Notes under the pieces: model-generated | Databases searched by the model: none | What the model saw: the letters and a program-made list of their open reading frames with translations, nothing else | Told to the model about the DNA's origin: nothing | Shown: positions 58,340 to 64,000 of the stretch, piece by piece | How positions within the stretch are numbered: position 1 is the first letter of the stretch | Layout of the letters: every line of letters begins with the position of its first letter | NCBI GenBank assembly: GCA_963728915.1 | Contig: CAVSLV010000002.1 | Coordinates: 288,001-352,000, forward strand | Length of the DNA: 64,000 nt | Origin: an uncultured Gemmatimonadales bacterium | GTDB taxonomy: Bacteria > Gemmatimonadota > Gemmatimonadetes > Gemmatimonadales > GWC2-71-9 | Reading direction: 5' to 3' | Translations under genes and position numbers: made by a program

Positions 58340-59709
58340 ACCGGCAACCCGGTGGGACACGCGTTCTGAAGCGCCGCCGCGAGCGCCAGAACGTCCTCTT
58401 CACCCTCCGGCTTTCCCACCACCTGCAGGCCGACCGGCATCCCGTCCGGATCCAGACCGCACGGCACCGAGGCGACGGGGAGTCCCGTCAGGCTGAGGAC
58501 GAAGGTCGGGGCGAGCCAGTCCACATAGGTTGTCATAACCCGCCCTGCCACCGTCTCGGGATAATTCTGCTCCACCGGGAACGGTGAGACGGCCATGGTG
58601 GGCGTGAGCAGGTGATCGTACCGCTCGAAGAAAGCCCGGAACCGGTGCCAGATCGTTCCCCGGACCGCCTCGGCGCGACCGAGGTCGGGCACCCCGCTGC
58701 CCAGACCAGCCTTCGTATTGTTCCGCACGTTGACGCCAAGCTCTTCGATCCGGTCGAGGCGCTCCTGCATCCAGCTCACGAACCATAACCCGCGGAGGGC
58801 GAGGAACGCGGCGCGGCCCTCCGAAAGATCCAGGGCTACTGGCTCCGCGCCGAGCCCCTCGGCGGCCTTCCGGCACACCGCCTCGACGGCGGGATCCACC
58901 CCGATGCCCGCGATGTCCGGACAGTACGCGAGGCGCAGGTCCTTCCGGGGGCCGCGGCGCACCGCTCCAACGAAGTCGCGACCGGTGGGTTGCCGAAGCG
59001 GCGCGAACGGGCTCGGGCCTGCCACCGCCTGAAGCATGAGCGCGACGTCTTCCGCCGAGCGGGCCATCGGCCCGGTAACCTGGAGCGTGTCCCAGACCCA
59101 GTCGCTCGGATGGGTCGGGACCAGTCCGGGTGAAGGACGCAGCCCGACCACACCGCAGAACGATGCCGGAATCCGAAGCGAGCCACCCAGATCGGTGCCT
59201 TCCGCAAGCGCGATCATGCCGGTCGCGAGGGCGGCGGCTCCGCCCCCGGTCGATCCGCCAGCGCTTCGGTCCGGATTCCAGGGATTGCGAGTCCGCCCGA
59301 ATACGTCGTTCCAGGTGTTCCCGCCCGCGGCGAACTCCGGAGTGTTGGTCTTGCCCAGGATGATGGCGCCCGCGGCCCGGAGCCTCTGCACCACCAGAGC
59401 ATCCTCGGCCGGAACGTGATCCCGATAGAGCGGCGAGCCGAACGTCGTCCGGAGTCCCGCGACCTGGGTCACGTCCTTGATGCCGACCGGTACCCCCGCG
59501 AGAAGACCCGCCGGTTCTCCTCCGGCAAGCCTCCGTTCCAGGTCCCGCGCGTCGTCGAGCGCCCGGGGATTGAGCGTGACGATCGCATTGATCCGCGGAT
59601 TCACCTCCTCGACCCGGCGAAGCGCCGCCTCGACGACCTCGACTGGGGACAGCTCCCGCGCGGCCACCTGGCTGGCGATCTCCTTCGCGCTGGCTATCGG
59701 CGGGTTCAT
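58336..59709 (-). CDS. Amidase signature family protein
   Basis: Motifs GVPVGIKD, GKTNTPEF, GGSTGG and GTDLGGSLRIPASFCG. Confidence 0.92.
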   Translation of the reverse strand: MNPPIASAKEIASQVAARELSPVEVVEAALRRVEEVNPRINAIVTLNPRALDDARDLERRLAGGEPAGLLAGVPVGIKDVTQVAGLRTTFGSPLYRDHVPAEDALVVQRLRAAGAIILGKTNTPEFAAGGNTWNDVFGRTRNPWNPDRSAGGSTGGGAAALATGMIALAEGTDLGGSLRIPASFCGVVGLRPSPGLVPTHPSDWVWDTLQVTGPMARSAEDVALMLQAVAGPSPFAPLRQPTGRDFVGAVRRGPRKDLRLAYCPDIAGIGVDPAVEAVCRKAAEGLGAEPVALDLSEGRAAFLALRGLWFVSWMQERLDRIEELGVNVRNNTKAGLGSGVPDLGRAEAVRGTIWHRFRAFFERYDHLLTPTMAVSPFPVEQNYPETVAGRVMTTYVDWLAPTFVLSLTGLPVASVPCGLDPDGMPVGLQVVGKPEGEEDVLALAAALQNACPTGLPV

Positions 59710-59759
59710 GCGGGCAAACCCACGGGGTCCACAGATTGCACAGATGAAGCGCCCGATTG

Positions 59760-59920
59760 GGGAGATGATCCTGCCAGCCGGCGGTATTGGAGTGCAGTGG
59801 AATTATTTGACCTTCCTCCCGCTTGGTCAGGCGATCCATTGCCTTCCGCTCGACGATGATTTCCTCATAGCACCACAAGTCGACCCGGTATCGCAAGCCC
59901 AGCGACGTATCCTCAAGTGC
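59760..59920 (-). pseudogene. Remnant of a GxxExxY (PD-(D/E)XK-like) gene
   Basis: YRVDLWCYEEIIVERKAMDRLTKREEGQII resembles the YR.D....IIVELKA....EAQ core; an ATCTGTGCAATCTGTGG repeat follows. Confidence 0.55.
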
Positions 59921-59980
59921 TGACCCCGTGGCAAGGAAGCGGATCCCAAACCTCGCGCCACAGACCGATTTGACTCGACC

Positions 59981-60784
59981 TCAGGGATTCCGGGGCCAGT
60001 CGCCCAGCCACGCCACCGTCCGGCAGAACGCCGCCTCCCCGCCCCGGAATTTCCAGGGAAAGCACCCCACGATGCAGCGCTTGTTCTGGAGCTCGGGCGC
60101 GTCGATCTCGCCGCCGACATTCTCGATGTGCATGCAGTCGTGGGGAAACAGCGCGTTATGGGTGAGCTGATACGCCGAATCGGGAAACATCTTTTCGACA
60201 CCCTTTTTTCCACCAAACAGCTCTTCGGCCCGGGCCCGGACCCGGTCGCAATGCCCGTGCATCCCTTTGCCGAGAAAACGCCCGATCGGAAGGTTCATCG
60301 GGTGATCGGTCGAGACACAGTCCACTCCCCAGATATGGATCTTCTTCTTGAGGAGCCACGGCACCATGTCGGGATGGGCTCCGGGGTGCAGGTGGATGTA
60401 GCGCTCCTCGTCGGGCTCCCCGCCGAACTGGGCGTAGCGATGCCACCCGGTGTGCAGGATCAGCAAGTCGCCCGGTTTCACCTTGACCCGCTTCTCGATC
60501 ATCTTCGGGGTATAGACCCCGAGCTCCCCCATTTCATCCCGCAGGTCCACGACCACCCCGGGCCCACAGAGCCACTCCATCGGGATTTCGTCGATGGTGC
60601 GCCCCGCCGTGACGAAGTGCCGCGGCGCGTCCAGGTGGGTCCCCATGTGATTCGAGGTCTGGATGTACTGCGCGTTGACGCCGTGTTCGGCCTTCCGCTT
60701 GATGTACTTCACTTCGAACGGGGGATAGTAGGGCCAGAACGACACTTCCTGGTTCAACGGTTGGGAAAGATCGTAGGTTCGCAT
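59981..60784 (-). CDS. Cyclase family metal-dependent hydrolase (kynurenine formamidase/isatin hydrolase fold)
   Basis: Motifs YDLSQP, HMGTHLDAP.HF, LHTGW, GVD..S.D and HIEN. Confidence 0.88.
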   Translation of the reverse strand: MRTYDLSQPLNQEVSFWPYYPPFEVKYIKRKAEHGVNAQYIQTSNHMGTHLDAPRHFVTAGRTIDEIPMEWLCGPGVVVDLRDEMGELGVYTPKMIEKRVKVKPGDLLILHTGWHRYAQFGGEPDEERYIHLHPGAHPDMVPWLLKKKIHIWGVDCVSTDHPMNLPIGRFLGKGMHGHCDRVRARAEELFGGKKGVEKMFPDSAYQLTHNALFPHDCMHIENVGGEIDAPELQNKRCIVGCFPWKFRGGEAAFCRTVAWLGDWPRNP

Positions 60785-62192
60785 CAGGCCTCGCGCTTGG
60801 GTCGCATGAGGAAGGAATAGAGCACGAAGGAAACGATGGCCGCCGAAAACCACGCGCCCGAGAAAAGAAAGCCCACACTCGGAAACACCGCCCCGGCCAG
60901 GGCGACCGCGATCCCGGCGCCGGTCGCGATCAGCGCGGCGCGATTCACGACCGGATACGCGCCGCCCTCACGGTAGAGATCGTCCACGGCCAGCCGGCCG
61001 CCCCGCACCACGAGATAGTCGCACACGATCACTCCGCCCACCGCGCCGAGCAGGCCCGAGTAGCTGAGCAGCCAGGTCTGATAGGAGTCGAGCAGTTTCC
61101 AGGGAAGGATCAGGATGCCGATGATCGCCGCGAGGATGCCGCCCGTTCTGGCGCTGATCCGTCGCGGGCTCAGATTGGCGAACGCGTTGGCCGGCGCGAC
61201 GATGTTGGCGGCCAGGTTGGTGGTCAGCGTCGCCACCAGGATGGCCACCAGGGCCACCAGCGCGAGCACCGGCCGATGCTGCTCCGCGGCGATGCGTCCC
61301 ACCAGCTCGACCGGATTCCAGATCGCCTTGCCATAGAGCGTGACCGTCGCGCTGGTCACGGCCACTCCGATGAAGGCGAACAGCGGCATGGTGGTGAGGA
61401 GACCGACGGTTTGCCCGACGGCCTGGTCGCGCTGGGTCCGCGCGAACCGGGAGAAATCCGGAATACTGAGGGCCAGGGTCGCCCAGAAGCCCACCATCGC
61501 GGTGAGCCAGGGAAGGAACAGACTCCGGAAGGACGCCCGCGGCGCCCCGGCCGACAGGGCATCGCTCCGCGACAGGAGCGACCCCGATCCCGCCGACCCG
61601 CCGGGCGGCCCACCAGAGCAAGGCCAGCCCGATCACGATCAGGAACGGCGCCGAGACCGTCTCCAGCCACTTGATGGACTCGGTGCCTTTCCAGACGAAC
61701 CACAGGTTGATCAGCCAGAAGATTGCGAAGCCCAGGGAAGCCGGAACGCCGATCCCCATGAAGGTCGCATCTCCGCCTAACCCGCGCCATCCCGGCCAGA
61801 ACAGGGCGAGGATTTCACTGATCGCGAGCCCCCCCACCCAGGTCTGTATGCCGAACCAGCCGCAGGCCACCACCGCCCGGAGCAGCGCCGGCAGGTGCGC
61901 GCCCCGAAGCCCGAACGAGGCCCGGACATAGACCGGGAACGGAATTCCATACCGGGTCCCGGCGTTCGCATTCACCAGAAGTGGAATCAGGACGATGGCG
62001 TTGCCCAGGAGAATCGTCGCCAGCGCCTGCCACCAGTTCATGCCGGCCCCGATGAGACTCGCCGCGAGCATGTAGGTCGGAATGCACACTGAGAGACCGA
62101 CCCACAGCGATGCATAGTGCCAAAGCCCCCAGGTCCGCGCCCCAGTAGATACCGGCGCAAGGTCGGCATTACAGTACTGAAGACTGGCTCAT
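60784..62192 (-). CDS. NCS1 nucleobase:cation symporter, frameshifted
   Basis: Motifs GTRYGIPFPV..RASFG, CGWFGIQTW, WATLALSIPDFSRFA and AANIVAPAN, in two or more frames. Confidence 0.87.
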
Positions 62193-63067
62193 GACAGCCG
62201 GCCCTTCGCCCGCGACGCCGCACGGGTCAGCGCGCGCCGGGTCAGCACCCGGGCGAGCTGGCGACGGTAGTCTTGACTCGCGTTGAGGTCCGAAGGCGGC
62301 TCGATGTCCTCGGTCGCGGCCAGCTCGGCCGCCCCGGCGATCGACGAGTCATCGAGGGCCCGGCCCCGGAGCGCGGCCATCGCCCGCTGGGCCAGGGCCG
62401 GCCCATCTCCCACGCTGAGGAGCGCGATCCGGACCCGGGCGCACTGTCCTCGCTCGTCCAGCGAGAGCGACACGGCGACCCCGACCAGGGCGTAGTCCCC
62501 GCGGCGTCGAGCGAATTCGTCGAACGCCACTCCCGCCCGGGCGGGAGAGGCCGGAATCTCGATCGCGACGACCAGCTCCCCCGGTTGCAGCGCGGTCGCG
62601 AAGAGCCCGGTGAAAAAATCGTCGGCCTTGATCCGGCGCTCCCCGGCCCGGCTTCGGAGGACCAGCACAGCCTCGAGCGCAACCATGACCGCCGGCAGCT
62701 CCGCCGCGGGATCGGCATGCGCGAGGCTCCCTCCGACGGTTCCCCGGGTCCGGATCTGCGGATGGGCGATGTGCGGCATCGCCTCGGCGAGCAACGGGGC
62801 CCGCTCCGCCACCAGAGGACTCCGCTCGACCGCGGAGTGCCGGGTCAGCGCTCCGATCCGGAGGTCCTCTCCGAGCTTGGAAATGCCCTCGAGCTCGGCA
62901 ATCCGGTTCAGGTCCACCAGGACCGGGGGAGCAGCGAGCCGGAAATTCATCGCGGGAATCAGACTCTGCCCTCCCGCGAGCGGCTTGGCGCCCCCTCGGT
63001 CCGCCAGGAGGATCAGCGCCTCCTCCAGCGACCCGGGCCGGTGGTACTCGAACGGGGCGGGCTTCAT
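62189..63067 (-). CDS. Molybdenum hydroxylase FAD subunit (CoxM/XdhB-like)
   Basis: Motifs MKPAPFEY.RP, LAGGQSL and IRTRGTVGGSLAHADPAAE. Confidence 0.92.
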   Translation of the reverse strand: MKPAPFEYHRPGSLEEALILLADRGGAKPLAGGQSLIPAMNFRLAAPPVLVDLNRIAELEGISKLGEDLRIGALTRHSAVERSPLVAERAPLLAEAMPHIAHPQIRTRGTVGGSLAHADPAAELPAVMVALEAVLVLRSRAGERRIKADDFFTGLFATALQPGELVVAIEIPASPARAGVAFDEFARRRGDYALVGVAVSLSLDERGQCARVRIALLSVGDGPALAQRAMAALRGRALDDSSIAGAAELAATEDIEPPSDLNASQDYRRQLARVLTRRALTRAASRAKGRLS

Positions 63068-63513
63068 GCGAGCCGGGCGGCGAGCTCCCGCTGCAGGGCC
63101 TCGAGCCCCTGCCGGGTGAGCATCCGGCTCACCGAGTCGAGCAGGCGCTGACCTAACCCGGCAATCTTCCCGCCGACCTGAAGATCCGCCCGGTAATGCA
63201 TCGAGGTCCCGGCGCCCTCGGGCGACAGCGCAACGCTGGCGGTGCCACGGGTGAAGCCGAACCTGCCCTTCCCGTCGATGTGCATGGTGTAGGAGAGGGG
63301 CCGCTCGATATCGGCCAGGGTGATCGCCAGGTCGAATTCGGCCGCGGTGATCGGCCCCACCCCCACCGCCATCTTCCCCTCGTAACGATCCGGTGCGGTC
63401 CGAACCAGCTCACGGGTGCCCGGCATCGCCTTGGCCAGCACCTCGGGATCCATCAGAAGATCCCAGATCCGCTCGGGCGAGCCCGGCAGAGTGTCGTGTC
63501 CTTCAACAATCAC
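63064..63513 (-). CDS. CoxG/SRPBCC accessory protein
   Basis: Motifs WDLLMDPEVL..MPG and VGGKIAGLGQRL. The GTG start overlaps the upstream TGA. Confidence 0.85.
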   Translation of the reverse strand: MIVEGHDTLPGSPERIWDLLMDPEVLAKAMPGTRELVRTAPDRYEGKMAVGVGPITAAEFDLAITLADIERPLSYTMHIDGKGRFGFTRGTASVALSPEGAGTSMHYRADLQVGGKIAGLGQRLLDSVSRMLTRQGLEALQRELAARLA

Positions 63514-64000
63514 CGACCGCCTCCTTCTTGTCCGCCCGTCCGCCCGTCCCCCTGTGCGCCCTTGATCATTTCCCACAGCCGGTTCGGACTCAGTGGAATC
63601 TCGGTGATCTCGATTCCACCGCCCAGCGCATCCTCGACGGCCTGCGCAAAGGCGGCGCCGGTGGGAATCGCTCCTGCCTCGCCGACTCCCTTGGTGCCAA
63701 GTGGATTGAGCGGCGACGGCGACACCAGATGCGCCATCTCCACGGTGGGCACGTCGAGCGCGGTGGGCAGCAGGTAGTCCATGAACGACGCGTTCTGAAG
63801 CTGGCCATTCTCGTCGAACCGGAGCTGCTCGTAGAACGCGTTACCGATCCCGTGCGCCACCCCACCCTGCACCTGGGCCTCCACCACCATGGGGTTGATG
63901 ACTACTCCGCAGTCGTGAACCACCACGTAACGTTTGATGGCCACGGCGGCGGTCTCGGGATCGACCTCGACGATGATCGCATGCACTCCGTTCGCCGCGT
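63510..64000 (-). CDS. Molybdenum hydroxylase large subunit (xanthine dehydrogenase/CoxL family), C-terminal part only
   Basis: Motifs DCG..INP..V..Q..GG..HGIG, DYLLP and KGVGEAG; the ORF runs off the window end. Confidence 0.9.
   Translation of the reverse strand, partial: AANGVHAIIVEVDPETAAVAIKRYVVVHDCGVVINPMVVEAQVQGGVAHGIGNAFYEQLRFDENGQLQNASFMDYLLPTALDVPTVEMAHLVSPSPLNPLGTKGVGEAGAIPTGAAFAQAVEDALGGGIEITEIPLSPNRLWEMIKGAQGDGRTGGQEGGGR

Noticed and set aside
62189..64000. Aerobic CO dehydrogenase (cox) call
   Set aside because: The diagnostic active-site loop is outside the window, and the NCS1/cyclase/amidase context favours a heterocycle hydroxylase.

Overview
A 64 kb GC-rich bacterial chromosomal window. 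Gene content and style suggest Gemmatimonadota, which is an inference. It holds about 50 genes. I found no rRNA, tRNA, CRISPR array or intact transposase. Main blocks, left to right: (1) An accessory or decayed left end (1-6.8 kb). It carries a kinase-M23 peptidase-class III aminotransferase triple fusion, a stand-alone NYN ribonuclease behind a structured RNA leader, and a decayed cassette that includes an internally scrambled SnoaL paralogue. (2) A 14.5 kb, 9-gene coupled minus-strand operon of unknown function: VWA/GATase-like, caspase-fold, TPR-gluzincin, DUF4159, MoxR, DUF58, BatA-VWA, DUF4175-like, SnoaL. (3) efp with a non-canonical PGN loop, a DUF5916 outer-membrane protein, and tandem Ser/Thr kinase-Sel1 genes. 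(4) A sigma54 two-component system with a perfect 36-bp palindrome and a -24/-12 promoter in front of a PepSY gene, then an ECF sigma/anti-sigma/DUF4097 cluster. (5) Glycosidases and other hydrolases. (6) A molybdenum hydroxylase-NCS1-cyclase-amidase cluster that converges on a MatB-like ligase, possibly an oxidative pyrimidine pathway. A 9-mer, CG[G/C]GTTAGG, is strongly over-represented across the window. Several genes between 42.8 and 62 kb carry single-base frameshifts that look like long-read errors. All product calls come from motif recognition by eye; no database searches were run.
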